This document shows, one piece after another, positions 10,901-20,829 of a DNA stretch of 64,000 nt. The translations under genes and the position numbers were made by a program. Every line of letters begins with the position of its first letter. The stretch's first letter is position 1. This DNA is from Alphaproteobacteria bacterium. GTDB taxonomy: Bacteria; Pseudomonadota; Alphaproteobacteria; UBA828. The notes below the pieces were generated by a model. The model ran no database searches. It was not told where the DNA came from and saw only the letters and a program-made list of their open reading frames with translations. The DNA is taken from contig CAXXVO010000015.1 of the NCBI GenBank assembly GCA_963422645.2, forward strand, positions 96,001-160,000, written 5' to 3'.

Positions 10901-12067
10901 ACCGCCACGATCGACGGCTATTTCACCCTGAGCGGCCGGAGCGAGCGCGAAATGGTGGAGAGCCTCACCGGCCGCGTGGCGATCACCGGCGGCGAGGGCA
11001 TGGTCGAGGGCGTGGACGTGCCGGCGATCAGCGGCCAGATTGCCGCGCTATCCACGGTCGATGCGTTGAACGACATCGTGGGCTTCGTGGAGCAGGCGGA
11101 ACAAAGCCTTTCAAGCGGGCAAACGGCGATCCGCTCCCTCGATGGCACCGTGCGGGTTCAGAAGGGCCAGGCGCGCATTGACGGCTTCGAGATCGTCGCC
11201 GACGGAGGCGTCGGCGAAATCAACGGCACCGCCGATTTGCCCGCGTGGCAGCTCGACCTCACGGCGCTCTTCCGCCTCGCCGAGCATGCGGACGCCCCGC
11301 AGGTGGGTGTGCAGCTCGAAGGTTCGATCGACCGGCCGGAGCGGCGCTATCTGATCGAGGAGATGCAGGCTCATCTGGTCAAACTCGGGCTGCTCTCGCT
11401 CGCCGGCTCGGATGACGTGCCCAAGATCACGCTCCGCAAGGGTGCGAAGGCAGAACCGGGGACCGAAATAGACACGTTGCTGCGAAACGTGCTGGGCGAT
11501 CCGGACGAGGCGGAGGCTGCCGGGCCAGTCGGCGAGCAGACGGAATTGCCTGAAGGAGCGGAAGAGACAGGCAAGGCGATGGAGGCTCCCAACCAAGACG
11601 ATGCTGGGAGCGCCCTGCTGTCGCTGGACGACGTGCCGGCCAGTCCCGTGGTAGTGGAAGAGCCGGTTGACGCCGACCAGGCAGAGAAAGCGGCGGGCAC
11701 GGAGCAGACGGAACCGCGAGAAGAGACATTGCTGACCGACGACGAGGTGCAGCCCACGGCGGCGCCTCCGTCCGACGAGACGGCGCTTGTGACTCCGTCC
11801 GACGAGCCGGTGCCCGAACCCCCGCCGGCGCCCGACCGCTATCGGGGCGAGGACCTGCAAGACTTCGTCAACGACTTGCTGGGGGAGCCTGAGCCAGAGG
11901 GGGAGGAGAACCCCCAAGACCTCGTCGACGGTGCGTCGGGGGAGCCTGAGCGGGAAGGGGAGGAGAAACTGCAGGACGTCGACGATTTGTCGGAGGAGCC
12001 TGCGCCGGAGGGGGAGGACGAACTCCAGGACTTCGTCGACGATCTGTTGAAGACCCTCGACGAATAG
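7964..12067 (+). CDS. AsmA family protein with a long acidic C-terminal extension
   Basis: N-terminal TM, PSFLDW...ITGR.LTIDG AsmA start, repeated beta-taco segments, acidic tail. Confidence 0.9.
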   Translation: MKFVYGILVFLALVVAALFLVPSFLDWEEFKPEISERLEAITGRTLTIDGPLKVSILPTPTIEATDLRLANVPGAASPDMARIKSLDLRLALGRLLGGEIAVTGLAIDEPVIELQRLADGRPNWLFESMPGPVTEGNAAEEAEFGLELTRLDSATITNGAIVYRHADGRPPERIEGIDATLSARTLNGPFRGDGTFIVRGRPVAFQLATSTLSDDGTMPISVEAVFGDEGGRALFEGTVRGNGEVPAFDGNVRLEAADFGSLLSELDVDLGALPAAPLATEFDAKAALSLNTETIATRDIQLRLGESQANGALSWQGGDVPRLVAEIDLNRLDLDQFLPAEDTPQAAAGTGQSDEAQPLAALQSISGDIREVIPGDVAAAVDLKIGTLTWREGIIRQARTQLALADGTVAIQQASALLPGGTQVQFAGQLTRGGDRPWLDGVADIAADDLRAVLSWLGVDVGDVPADRLRVLSASADLSADGNQFSASHLDVRVDTTRIAGNAALAAGERPRVTASLAADTVNLDAYLPAAGNAADGSQETAQAEPENTDTDVWAGLADVDANVLLMMDALTYDGVRLAGLELSAALNDGDLTLRRASVADAAGASVSVTGTGRTLWTAPRFDLAIEGAADSLDGVTALLDIDPDIRTEAFGKIALNGTAAGGEDALSLDLTLAAGTAEATLRGTIDEPLGTPAGALAFSLRASDSGALARTLGLTPPAVVGRLGGLAVDGGIGGDLDSIAIDLSGETAGATLKIAGKVTDLLASPGYSVDVDLAHPSGEDLVETVIGEPMAGATLGAVRLVGKVSGDRTVANLAGIEAAIGDSTLAGDIFLRLDQEPTAFHADMRSGLLDLAWVGGGLAATDGSSGADTEVVELGSERWSDEPIDFALLDRLSGTLALDAEALVLGPHRIEQAVIDLAAAEGTLTLRSLEGRLFGGALKADGSLAGGPAPSGQAAVRLVDADIGAILREAADGRAVSGTATIDGYFTLSGRSEREMVESLTGRVAITGGEGMVEGVDVPAISGQIAALSTVDALNDIVGFVEQAEQSLSSGQTAIRSLDGTVRVQKGQARIDGFEIVADGGVGEINGTADLPAWQLDLTALFRLAEHADAPQVGVQLEGSIDRPERRYLIEEMQAHLVKLGLLSLAGSDDVPKITLRKGAKAEPGTEIDTLLRNVLGDPDEAEAAGPVGEQTELPEGAEETGKAMEAPNQDDAGSALLSLDDVPASPVVVEEPVDADQAEKAAGTEQTEPREETLLTDDEVQPTAAPPSDETALVTPSDEPVPEPPPAPDRYRGEDLQDFVNDLLGEPEPEGEENPQDLVDGASGEPEREGEEKLQDVDDLSEEPAPEGEDELQDFVDDLLKTLDE
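11850..12060 (+). repeat. coding tandem repeat (~54-57 bp, 3-4 degenerate units)
   Basis: GEPEPEGEENPQDLVDGAS / GEPEREGEEKLQDVDDLS / EEPAPEGEDELQDFVDDLL. Confidence 0.8.
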
Positions 12068-12113
12068 ACGCTCTCAGCCTGCGTCGCTCGTAATCGTGTG
12101 TGTGGCGGCGCAA

Positions 12114-12144
12114 GGGCCGGCGCCCCGGTTGGGAACGCCGGCCC
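12114..12144. terminator. GC-rich hairpin between convergent asmA and degP
   Basis: GGGCCGGCG...CGCCGGCCC 9-bp stem; no clear U-tract. Confidence 0.5.
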
Positions 12145-12180
12145 CCTCCCGCCCCACCTCAAGAGGTGACGAAGCGACCC

Positions 12181-13704
12181 TCAAGCGGTGACAAAGGGAA
12201 GAGCGACAAAGCGCTCGCTTCCGTCCCGGCTCATCAGCATGAGGACGGCCTCGCGCCCATCGCCCTGGGCGGCCTCGATGCGCTCGTTCACCTCAGCGAT
12301 CGAGCCCACGGGCTCGTTGCCGACGGTGACGATCACGTCGCCGGGGCGAATGCCCTTTCGGTGAGCGGCGCTCCCCGGCGCCACGTCGGCGACGACCACG
12401 GCACCCCCGCTGCCGTCCATGTCGGCACCCTCGCCCGCCTCGGAATCGACGTTTTCGAGGCGAAGGCCGAAGGTATCGAGCCGGCCGGCCTCGTCAGTGC
12501 CGGACATCTCCGCGCTGGTTTCGACTGCCGGCGCCGCGTTCCCGATCGCCGCCGCGAGTTCGACGACCTCGCCATCGCGCCAGACCGTGAGGGTGGCGGA
12601 GGTTCCGGCATCGATGGCGGCGATCGTCTGCGAGAGCGTCCGCGAGTCCTCGATCGGCGCCTGGTTCACGGCGGTGATAACATCGCCCTGCTCGAGCCCT
12701 GCCTCTGCGGCCGGGCTCTCCGGCTGCACGCGGGCGACGATGGCGCCCTCCGTGCCCTCCAGCCCGAGGCTCGCCGCGATGTCCTTGGTGATAGGCTGGA
12801 TGTGCACGCCGAGCCAGCCGCGCATGACCCGGCCATGGGCCCTCAGGTCGTCGATGACCGCCGCGGCCGTGACGGCGGGGACTGCGTAGCCGATCCCCAC
12901 GTTGCCGCCCGAGGGCGAGACGATGGACGTGTTCACCCCGATGACCTCGCCGAGCAGATTGACCGTGGGGCCACCCGAGTTGCCGCTGTTGATGGGCGCA
13001 TCGATCTGCAGATGGTCCTCGTAGGGGTTGGGGCCGGTGCCGCGCCCGCGCGCGGAGACGATGCCGAAGGTCGCGGTCTTGCCCACGCCGAAGGGATTGC
13101 CGACGGCGACCACCCAATCGCCAACGCGGGTGCCGTCGTCCGCCGCGAAACTCACGGTCGGCAGCGGCACGCCGCTCTCGACCTTGAGCAGGGCGATATC
13201 GGACCGCCTGTCGCCGCCGACGATCTCGGCGTTGAGCCGGGTGCCGTCATCGAGGATGACGGTCACGGTCTCCGCGCCGGCGATCACGTGATTGCTGGTC
13301 ACGATGTAGCCATCGGCATCAACGATGAAGCCCGAACCGATGCCGCCGCTCGGCGCGTCGCGGCGGGGGCCGAAGTCCGGCGTGAAGCCGAAGCGCTCGG
13401 CAAAGTCCTCGCCGAAGAAGCGCTTGAAGTGGTCAGGGATGCGCTGGCCGCGCTGCTGCTGGGCGGTGAGCGCGGGCCGGGCCTTGTGCATGACCTCGAT
13501 CGAGACGACAGCCGGGCTTACCGCCTCCACCACGCCGGCGAGGCTGGGCATCGTCAGAAGCTGATCCACCGAGGTCGGCGGCGTGACCGCCGTGGCCGTC
13601 TTCAGTGAAGTGGCCAGCCCGCCGCCGGCCAGCGCGATCATGCCGAGGCCTGCCAGGGCCGCGACGATGACCGTCCGTTTGCGTTGGGGTGAAAGCGTGC
13701 TCAT
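12181..13704 (-). CDS. DegP/DegQ (HtrA) serine protease with two PDZ domains
   Basis: GSGFIV, TSNHVI, DIALLK, INSGNSGGP, two PDZ domains. Confidence 0.93.
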   Translation of the reverse strand: MSTLSPQRKRTVIVAALAGLGMIALAGGGLATSLKTATAVTPPTSVDQLLTMPSLAGVVEAVSPAVVSIEVMHKARPALTAQQQRGQRIPDHFKRFFGEDFAERFGFTPDFGPRRDAPSGGIGSGFIVDADGYIVTSNHVIAGAETVTVILDDGTRLNAEIVGGDRRSDIALLKVESGVPLPTVSFAADDGTRVGDWVVAVGNPFGVGKTATFGIVSARGRGTGPNPYEDHLQIDAPINSGNSGGPTVNLLGEVIGVNTSIVSPSGGNVGIGYAVPAVTAAAVIDDLRAHGRVMRGWLGVHIQPITKDIAASLGLEGTEGAIVARVQPESPAAEAGLEQGDVITAVNQAPIEDSRTLSQTIAAIDAGTSATLTVWRDGEVVELAAAIGNAAPAVETSAEMSGTDEAGRLDTFGLRLENVDSEAGEGADMDGSGGAVVVADVAPGSAAHRKGIRPGDVIVTVGNEPVGSIAEVNERIEAAQGDGREAVLMLMSRDGSERFVALPFVTA

Positions 13705-13801
13705 CGTTTCCTCACTTGCCGTTGCTGTTGATTCGCAGCGGCCGATGGCAGGCCGCCGGTCATCTATGACAGGGCAAGCTGTCGTCACGATGGACGTAGG
13801 A

Positions 13802-13826
13802 TTAACTCTTCGTCATTGTGGGGTAA
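13802..13826 (-). promoter_or_regulatory. possible OmpR-family direct-repeat site upstream of degP
   Basis: Minus strand TTAC-N7-TGAC-N6-TTAA (10-11 bp periodicity), next to an OmpR-type two-component pair. Confidence 0.3.
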
Positions 13827-13856
13827 CGCTTTCGCGAGAGGACAAGGCCTTTCGGC

Positions 13857-14213
13857 ATGGCCGAGCGACTCAAACCCTGTCCGTCCAAGCCCAACTGCGT
13901 CTGCAGCCGGCACGGCGCGTCCCCGCGTCATCGCGTTGAGCCCTTCGCCGTCTCCGGCGACCCTGCGGAGGCCCTCCGCCGATTGAAGTCCCTGCTGGAA
14001 GCCCTGCCGCGAACCAGGATCGTCACGGCGACCGACGACTACCTCCACGCGGTCTGCCGAACGCGGCTCGGGTTCCCCGACGATGTCGAGTGCCTGCTTT
14101 CCCCGGAGGAGGGCGTGATCCACGTCCGCTCGGCTTCGCGGGTGGGCTACTCCGACTGGGGTGTGAACAGACGGCGGGTGGAAGATCTCCGCCGCCGCTT
14201 TCAGGGCGCGTGA
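13857..14213 (+). CDS. DUF1499 family protein
   Basis: PCPSKPNCVCS, GFPDDVE, RSASRVGYSDWGVNRRRVE. Confidence 0.88.
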   Translation: MAERLKPCPSKPNCVCSRHGASPRHRVEPFAVSGDPAEALRRLKSLLEALPRTRIVTATDDYLHAVCRTRLGFPDDVECLLSPEEGVIHVRSASRVGYSDWGVNRRRVEDLRRRFQGA

Positions 14214-14255
14214 GGACCTGAGCCTGGTCGGGCTCTGACCGTCCGGTTGCGCCGC

Positions 14256-15641
14256 TCAGGGCGCCACAGGCGGAAACGTCACACTGACGCGAAGTCCTCC
14301 CAATGGGCTTTCGTCCAGCACCAACTCGGCCCGGTGCAAGGTCGCGACACCCGCGACGAGGCTGAGCCCCAGGCCGCTGCCGCCGCCGGTGCGGCTCGCA
14401 TCCAGGCGGACGAAGCGCTGCAGCACGCGCTCCTGCTCCTCGGGCGGGATGCCCGGCCCCGAATCCTCAACCGTCAGCCGCACCCCACCCGAATCTTCAC
14501 GCGCGAGGCTCACCCTGATCCGGCCCTCGGGCGTGTAGGCCAGCGCGTTGTCGAGCAGATTGGCGACGAGTTGGGAGAGGAACTGGCCGTGGCCGGCCAC
14601 GCTACCCGTCTCCTCCAATGCAGCTTCGATGGCGAGCCCCTTCTCCTCGGTGAGCGGGGCGTAAAGCTCCACCATGTCGGCGACGATGGAACGGAGGTCC
14701 ACCGGCTCGAGCGCGATCCCGGCTTTCCCCGATTCGGCGCGGGCGATTTCCATTAGCGTGGCGAAGGTGCGCAGAATGCCGTCGGTCTCGGCAATCGCGC
14801 GTTCGAGGGCGGCGCGGTGGCCCTGCTCGTCCGCCGGCCCCTCTCCGAGCGCGAGTTCCAGCCTGGACTTGAGGCGGGTGAGCGGGCTGCGCAGGTCGTG
14901 CGCGACGCTGTCGGTCACCGTGCGCAAGCCGGTCATCAACGTCTCGATCTCGTCCAACATCTCGTTGACCGTGATCGAGAGGCGGTCGAACTCGTCGCCC
15001 ACGCCCGTGACCGGCATGCGCCGCGAGAGGTCGCCGCGCACGATACGCTGGCCGGTCTCACGCACGGCATCGACCCGACGCAGCATCCGCCGGCTCATGA
15101 CGAGGCCGCCGAGGAGCCCCAGCACCAGCGTGATCCCGAGCGCGCCGCCCAGGGATTCGAGGATCAGGTCCTCGAAGTCCGACCGCCCGCGCGGGTCGCG
15201 GCCGACCAGCAGCCGGAAGCCGCCCGGCAGGACGAAGGTGCGCGCGCGGATGGTGCCGTGGGCTTCGTCGCCACTCGCGCGCCTCGCCGAAATCTCCACC
15301 CAGCCGGCCCCGGCCCCGGCCGCCTCGCGCGGCCAAGCGCTGAGATTGCCGGCAAGCCGCCTGAGGTCGGGATCGGCGAGGAGGTAGACGCTGTCCGGAT
15401 CGCCGTAGGGGCCGCTGCGTTCCTCGATGACGGCGACCAGCTGGCGGATACCCCGCGCCCGGTACTGCTCGGCGAGGCCGCGCACCTCGGCCTCGATGGT
15501 GTTGCTGGTCTGCCGGTCGATGACCCGCACAGTGGTCCAGTAGATGAAGGCGAGCAGCAGCAGGACCGAGGCGCCGAACAGGACGACGTAGAGGAGCGAA
15601 AGCCGGAACGTTGACGTCCGGAGCAGTCTAAGCGTCGGCAC
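14256..15641 (-). CDS. sensor histidine kinase (HAMP-HisKA-HATPase)
   Basis: Two TMs, AHDLRSPLTRL, NLLDNAL, DSGPGIP, GSGLGL. Confidence 0.93.
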   Translation of the reverse strand: MPTLRLLRTSTFRLSLLYVVLFGASVLLLLAFIYWTTVRVIDRQTSNTIEAEVRGLAEQYRARGIRQLVAVIEERSGPYGDPDSVYLLADPDLRRLAGNLSAWPREAAGAGAGWVEISARRASGDEAHGTIRARTFVLPGGFRLLVGRDPRGRSDFEDLILESLGGALGITLVLGLLGGLVMSRRMLRRVDAVRETGQRIVRGDLSRRMPVTGVGDEFDRLSITVNEMLDEIETLMTGLRTVTDSVAHDLRSPLTRLKSRLELALGEGPADEQGHRAALERAIAETDGILRTFATLMEIARAESGKAGIALEPVDLRSIVADMVELYAPLTEEKGLAIEAALEETGSVAGHGQFLSQLVANLLDNALAYTPEGRIRVSLAREDSGGVRLTVEDSGPGIPPEEQERVLQRFVRLDASRTGGGSGLGLSLVAGVATLHRAELVLDESPLGGLRVSVTFPPVAP

Positions 15642-15642
15642 G

Positions 15643-16332
15643 TCACGCGTCCTCGCGCGCAGGCGCACGAAGGCAATACCCGACGCCCCGCACGGTGTGG
15701 ATCAGCGGAGGGTCGAACCCCTTGTCGATCTTGCCGCGCAGCCGGCTCACATGGACGTCGATCACGTTGGTCTGGGGGTCGAATTGGTAGCCCCAGACAT
15801 GCTCCAGCAGCATCGTGCGCGTCACCACTTGGCCCGTGTGGCGCATGAAGTAGGCCAGCAGGTTGAACTCACGCGGCTGCAGCGCGATCTCGCGGCCTGC
15901 CCGCCGCACCGTGCGGGCAAGCAGATCCAGCTCCAGGTCCGCGAAGCTGAGACGCGTCTCGCCGGCCGCGTCGCCCGCGCGCCGGAGCAGCGCCTCCAGC
16001 CGCGCCAGAAGCTCGGAGAAGGCGAAGGGCTTGGTCAAGTAATCGTCGCCGCCGGCCCTGAGGCCTTCCACCCGGTCGTCCACCTGGGCGAGCGCGCTCA
16101 GGATCAGCGCCGGCGTGCGCCGACCCTTGCGGCGCAGCGTCTCGATCAGGGAAAGCCCGTCGAGGCCCGGCAGCATGCGGTCGACCACGAGCGCGTCGAA
16201 GCGGTGGTCGAGCGCGAGCGCGAGCCCGTCCGCCCCGTCATGGACGAGCTCGACCACGTGGCCGCTCTCGCTCAGGCCCTTCTGCAGATAGCGGGCGGTC
16301 TCGATGTCGTCTTCGACGACCAGCACGTGCAT
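15643..16332 (-). CDS. OmpR-family response regulator
   Basis: VVEDD, DRMLPGLDG, DDYLTKPF, VIDVHVSRLRGK, TVRGVGY. Confidence 0.94.
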   Translation of the reverse strand: MHVLVVEDDIETARYLQKGLSESGHVVELVHDGADGLALALDHRFDALVVDRMLPGLDGLSLIETLRRKGRRTPALILSALAQVDDRVEGLRAGGDDYLTKPFAFSELLARLEALLRRAGDAAGETRLSFADLELDLLARTVRRAGREIALQPREFNLLAYFMRHTGQVVTRTMLLEHVWGYQFDPQTNVIDVHVSRLRGKIDKGFDPPLIHTVRGVGYCLRAPAREDA

Positions 16333-16392
16333 GGCTGCAACCTTGGCAGGCCGGGCGCAGCGATCAAGGGCCTCAACACATTGTGTGCGGGT

Positions 16393-17250
16393 TCACTTGC
16401 GTCGCGGTGCTGGCGGGGCGCCGTAGAGCGCAAGCCGCACCGCGCGCCACGCAGCCTCCAGCCCGCGGCGTAGCGTAGCGCCGTCCCTCGCAAGCAGGCG
16501 CACGCCGATGCCGGCCTCGTTGGGGAGCGCTGAAGCACCGCCATAGAACTCATCCGACGGCGTGAGAGCGCTGCGGAGAGCCGCCAAGATGGCCTCGCAG
16601 GTCGGGCTCCGGTGGGCGACGACGAAATTGCCCTGCGCGGGCCAGCGCGCGAGTTGCGCGCGGCCTGCCGCCAGCCGCTCGCCTGCGACGTCATAGCGCT
16701 CCAGGGCGAGAAGCCGGCCGCCCTCGTCGCGGATCCGCATCTCCGCCGCGAAGCTGTCAAACCGGCGGTCCTCGCCGCCCGGGTCGTGGTGGGCGAAGCT
16801 CTCGGACGCGACGACGGTGGCATCCGCTGCAGCCTCGATCTCCAGCACCGAGGTCAGCCGTGCGCCGGGGAACATGATCAGCGGGTCCGGCAGATACTCG
16901 AGCAACGCGCCGTCCGCAGCCTCCAACGCGACCGTCTGCCGCGCCGGCGACCGAGGCATGCGGTGCACGATGGTCGCCGCCTGGGTGGTCACATGGGCGG
17001 CGCTGCCGGCGCCTGCGGCGCAGGTCATCACGAGATCCTCGCCCTGATAGATGCCGCCGGAGACCGACTGGAGGTAGAGCGTCAGCGCCCCTGCCGGCGC
17101 CTCGTCGAAGTGGAATGGCCGGGTGATGTGGAAGGGATAGCCGACGCGCTGGCGCGCGATGTAGCTCGGCCCGTCGGGCGCCCGGGCGAAGCGGAGCGCG
17201 GCTTGTGGCCCCTCGTTGGGCCGGGCGGCCGGCATGGCATTGGCAGCCAA
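16393..17250 (-). CDS. ureD: urease accessory protein UreD
   Basis: YPFHITRPF, SGGIYQGE, TTQAATIVH, LEYLPDPLI; directly follows the urease alpha subunit. Confidence 0.85.
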   Translation of the reverse strand: MAANAMPAARPNEGPQAALRFARAPDGPSYIARQRVGYPFHITRPFHFDEAPAGALTLYLQSVSGGIYQGEDLVMTCAAGAGSAAHVTTQAATIVHRMPRSPARQTVALEAADGALLEYLPDPLIMFPGARLTSVLEIEAAADATVVASESFAHHDPGGEDRRFDSFAAEMRIRDEGGRLLALERYDVAGERLAAGRAQLARWPAQGNFVVAHRSPTCEAILAALRSALTPSDEFYGGASALPNEAGIGVRLLARDGATLRRGLEAAWRAVRLALYGAPPAPRRK

Positions 17251-17259
17251 AATACGAGC

Positions 17260-18969
17260 TCAGCGCAGCAGGTAGTTCTGGCCGAGGGTGATCTTGTCGA
17301 TCGGCTCGCAGGCAGCGAGCGTCCCGTCGACGAAGACCTCGAAGGTCTGGCTGTCGACGCGGATATCGGGGCAGGCGTCGTTGTGCAGCATGTCCTTCTT
17401 GGTGAGCTTGGTGAAGCTTCCGATCGGCAGGATCGGCTTGGCGAGGCCGAGACGGCCCTGCACGTCGATATCGAGCGCACGCCGATGGGCGAAGTTGGCG
17501 CTCAGCGTCGTTGGCGCCCGCCCGTAATGGCCGAACTGCGGCCGCATGATTACCGGCTCGGTGGCGAAATAGCTGCCCGAAGGATCGCCGCTCGCGCCCC
17601 AGGCGACGAAGCCGCCCTTGATCACGCCGAAGGGCTTCATCCCGAAGAAGGCGGGCTTCCAGGTCACGAGGTCGGCCATCTTGCCGGGCTCCAGCGAGCC
17701 CACGTATTGATCGACGCCGAAGGCGATCGCCGGGTTGATGGTGTACTTCGCGATGTAGCGCTTGATGCGCTCGTTGTCGGCGTCGGCGGTGGTCTCCTCG
17801 GGCAAGCGCCCGCGCTGGTCGCGCATCTTGCTCGCGAGTTGCCAGCAGCGCGTGATGACCTCGTTGATCCGCCCCATGCCCTGGCTGTCGGAGCCGAACA
17901 TGGAGACCGAGCCGATGTCGTGCAGCACGTCCTCGGCCGCGATTGTGCCGTGGCGCACCCGGCTCTCGGCGAAGGCCACGTCCTCCGGCAGGTCATAGCG
18001 CAGCAGGTGGCAGGCCATGGTCATGTCGAGCTGCTCGTCGAAGACGTTGACCGTGTAGGGGTTGGTCGGGTTGGTCGAGGACGGCAGGCAGTGCGGCTCG
18101 CCGTTGCAGCGGATGATGTCCGGCGCATGGCCGCCGCCGGAGCCTTCCGTGTGATACATGTGGATGGTGCGGCCCGCGATCGCCGCCATCGTGTCCTCGT
18201 AGAAGCCGGACTCGTTCAACGTGTCCGTGTGGATCTGGACCGGGAAGTCGTGCTCGGCCGAGGCACGCAGGCAGGCGTCGATGGTGGCCGGCATGGCGCC
18301 GTAGTCCTCGTGAATCTTCACGCCGATGATGGCGCCGTCGAGATGCTCGGCGATGGTTGCCGGGTCGTGGGAGGAGCCCCGGCCGAAGAAGCCGAAGTTG
18401 ATCGGCCAGGCTTCGGATGCCTCATGCATGCGGTAGGTGTTCCAGGGGCCGCCGCAGTCGATGGCAAAGAGCGGCCCCATGGTGCCGCCGATCATGGTGG
18501 TGAGCCCGCTGGCCAGCGCATGGTTGCACTGCTCCGCCGACAGCCAGTGGACGTGCACGTCGATCCCGCCCGGCGTCACGATGAGGCCGCCGGCCGGGTA
18601 GTAGGTGGTGTTGGGGCCGCAGACGAGATTGGGATCCACCCCGTCCTGGGTGTTGGGGTTGCCGGCCTTGCCGACGCCCGCGATCTTGCCGTCCTTGATG
18701 CCGATGTCGGCCTTTACCAGACCCAATACGGGATCGATGACGGTGGCGTTCTCCACCAGCATGTCGATGGCGCCGTCGGCTGCGGAGGTGTGGGCGTCGT
18801 AGGACATGCCGTCCCGCATCACGCGGCCGGCGCCGGTCCAGCACTCGTCGCCGTATGAGGTGTGGTCGTGCTCGATCTCGCCGATCAACGAGGTGTCGCC
18901 GAGCCTGATCTTGTCGCCCTTGGTCGGCCCGTAGTAGCGGGCATAGGTCTCGCGCGCGATCTTCACCAT
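17260..18969 (-). CDS. ureC: urease alpha subunit-like Ni-amidohydrolase (divergent)
   Basis: [60 protein letters not shown]. Confidence 0.85.
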   Translation of the reverse strand: MVKIARETYARYYGPTKGDKIRLGDTSLIGEIEHDHTSYGDECWTGAGRVMRDGMSYDAHTSAADGAIDMLVENATVIDPVLGLVKADIGIKDGKIAGVGKAGNPNTQDGVDPNLVCGPNTTYYPAGGLIVTPGGIDVHVHWLSAEQCNHALASGLTTMIGGTMGPLFAIDCGGPWNTYRMHEASEAWPINFGFFGRGSSHDPATIAEHLDGAIIGVKIHEDYGAMPATIDACLRASAEHDFPVQIHTDTLNESGFYEDTMAAIAGRTIHMYHTEGSGGGHAPDIIRCNGEPHCLPSSTNPTNPYTVNVFDEQLDMTMACHLLRYDLPEDVAFAESRVRHGTIAAEDVLHDIGSVSMFGSDSQGMGRINEVITRCWQLASKMRDQRGRLPEETTADADNERIKRYIAKYTINPAIAFGVDQYVGSLEPGKMADLVTWKPAFFGMKPFGVIKGGFVAWGASGDPSGSYFATEPVIMRPQFGHYGRAPTTLSANFAHRRALDIDVQGRLGLAKPILPIGSFTKLTKKDMLHNDACPDIRVDSQTFEVFVDGTLAACEPIDKITLGQNYLLR

Positions 18970-18973
18970 CTGC

Positions 18974-19669
18974 CTATGCTCCCCGGAATCCGCCCGCCTT
19001 GGCGCGGGCGATCGCTTGCTCCTTCACCGCAGGCGAGTCGATCATGCCCTCGGTGAGACTGTTGAAGCCGCTGATCCGGCCGCGGCCGCCGAATTCCACC
19101 AGCGCGACCTCCTTCTTCTGGCCGGGCTCGAAGCGGACGGCGGTGCCGGACGGGATGTCGAGACGCAGACCGAAGGTCGCCTGCCGGTCGAATTCGAGCG
19201 CCCGGTTGACCTCGAAGAAGTGGAAGTGGCTGCCGATCTGCACCGGGCGGTCGCCGGTGTTGGTGACGGTGACCGACCCCGTCCTGCGGCCCGCGTTCAG
19301 CTCGACCTCCTCGTCCGGTGTGATGATCTCGCCGGCGCGGGGGCCGGGCGGGGTCTCGGCCTTACCGGGGCGGATCGGCTGATGCACGGTGATGAGCTTG
19401 GTGCCGTCCGGGAACATCGCCTCCACGTGAACCACCGGAATGAGCTCGGGCACGTCCGACAGCACGTCATCCGACGTGAGGATCTCCGCGCCGTACCCCA
19501 TGAGGTCCTTGAGCGAGCGGCCTTCTCGGGCGCACATCAGGAGCTCGTCGCATATCAGGGCGACGGCCTCGGGGTGGCTCAGCTTGATGCCGCGGCGCCT
19601 GTGCTCGCGCGCGAGCTGGGCGGCCGTGAATATGGTGAGCCGCTCTTTCTCCGTCGGATTGAGGTTCAT
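18974..19669 (-). CDS. fused urease gamma-beta subunit (UreAB)
   Basis: [11 protein letters not shown]...[14 protein letters not shown] (gamma) fused to [19 protein letters not shown]...AVRFEPG (beta). Confidence 0.92.
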   Translation of the reverse strand: MNLNPTEKERLTIFTAAQLAREHRRRGIKLSHPEAVALICDELLMCAREGRSLKDLMGYGAEILTSDDVLSDVPELIPVVHVEAMFPDGTKLITVHQPIRPGKAETPPGPRAGEIITPDEEVELNAGRRTGSVTVTNTGDRPVQIGSHFHFFEVNRALEFDRQATFGLRLDIPSGTAVRFEPGQKKEVALVEFGGRGRISGFNSLTEGMIDSPAVKEQAIARAKAGGFRGA

Positions 19670-19794
19670 CGGCCGTCGCCTCCCTAATGCGTCCCATCAT
19701 CAGAGTAGTCGCCGGGAAGCGCGGAAAACAGCCGAATTTGCCGCTGCCCGTCGCTCGCATAAACTCGCCGCCGCGTCAGGAGGGAGCCCAGCCC

Positions 19795-20808
19795 ATGATA
19801 GCCAACGCCAACCGCCAGATCGTGCTCGCCGCCCGCCCGGAAGGGGCACCAAAGGAGACTGATTTCCGCCTTGTCGAGGCGCCAGTGCCCGAGCCTGCGG
19901 ACGGCGAGCTGCTGGTGCGGACGATCTGGCTCTCCCTCGACCCTTACATGCGGCTCAGGATGGGGACGAACCTGCGCTACTACCCGCCAATCCCGCTCGG
20001 CGACGTGATCGTGGGCGGTGCGGTCAGCCAGGTGGTGGAGAGCCGGCATCCGAGATTCCAGCCCGGCGATATCGTCGACGACTACACAGGCTGGCAGGAC
20101 TATGCCATCGCGCAAGGCGCGAGCGCGCACAAGGTGGATCCGGGGTTGGGACCGCTCTCCACCGCCATCGGCGTCCTCGGCATGCCGGGGCTCACCGCCT
20201 ATCTCGGCCTCGTCAAGGTCGGCCGCCCCGCACCGGGCGACACGGTCGTGATCTCGGCAGCGGCAGGCGCGGTCGGCGCGGTCGTGGGCCAGGTGGCGAA
20301 GATCGCGGGCTGCCGGGTGGTCGGCATCGCCGGCGGGGCGGAGAAGCTGCGCTACCTCACCCAGGAACTCGGCTTCGATGAAGCCATCGACCGCCACACG
20401 GACGACCTGCCCGGCGCGCTCGCCAAGGCATGCGGCGACGGCATCGACGTCTATTTCGAGAATGTCGGCGGGCCCATCGGCGATGCGATCTATCCCCTGC
20501 TCGCCCACGGCGCCCGCGTCGTGATCTGCGGCGGCATCTCCCACTACAACGCAACCGAGCCACCCAGGGTCGCAAGCCACCTCGCGCCCATCCTCTTCAC
20601 CGAGACCGAAGTGAAGGGCTTCAACATCTATTCTTACGGCGCGCACTACGGGCACGCGCGCAAGCGCCTCGCCCGCTGGCTCGCCGACGGTCGTCTCGCC
20701 TTCAAGGAAGACGTCGTGCAGGGGCTCGAGAACGCGCCTCTGGCGTTTCAGCGCCTCTTCGACGGCCGCAATTTCGGCAAGCTGCTGGTCAAGGTCTCCG
20801 AGGAATGA
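19795..20808 (+). CDS. NADP-dependent oxidoreductase (CurA/prostaglandin reductase-like)
   Basis: NRQIVLAARPEG, LSLDPYMR, LGMPGLTAY, SAAAGAVG, GRNFGK. Confidence 0.9.
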   Translation: MIANANRQIVLAARPEGAPKETDFRLVEAPVPEPADGELLVRTIWLSLDPYMRLRMGTNLRYYPPIPLGDVIVGGAVSQVVESRHPRFQPGDIVDDYTGWQDYAIAQGASAHKVDPGLGPLSTAIGVLGMPGLTAYLGLVKVGRPAPGDTVVISAAAGAVGAVVGQVAKIAGCRVVGIAGGAEKLRYLTQELGFDEAIDRHTDDLPGALAKACGDGIDVYFENVGGPIGDAIYPLLAHGARVVICGGISHYNATEPPRVASHLAPILFTETEVKGFNIYSYGAHYGHARKRLARWLADGRLAFKEDVVQGLENAPLAFQRLFDGRNFGKLLVKVSEE

Positions 20809-20829
20809 TCGTCCACACGCCTGGGGCTT

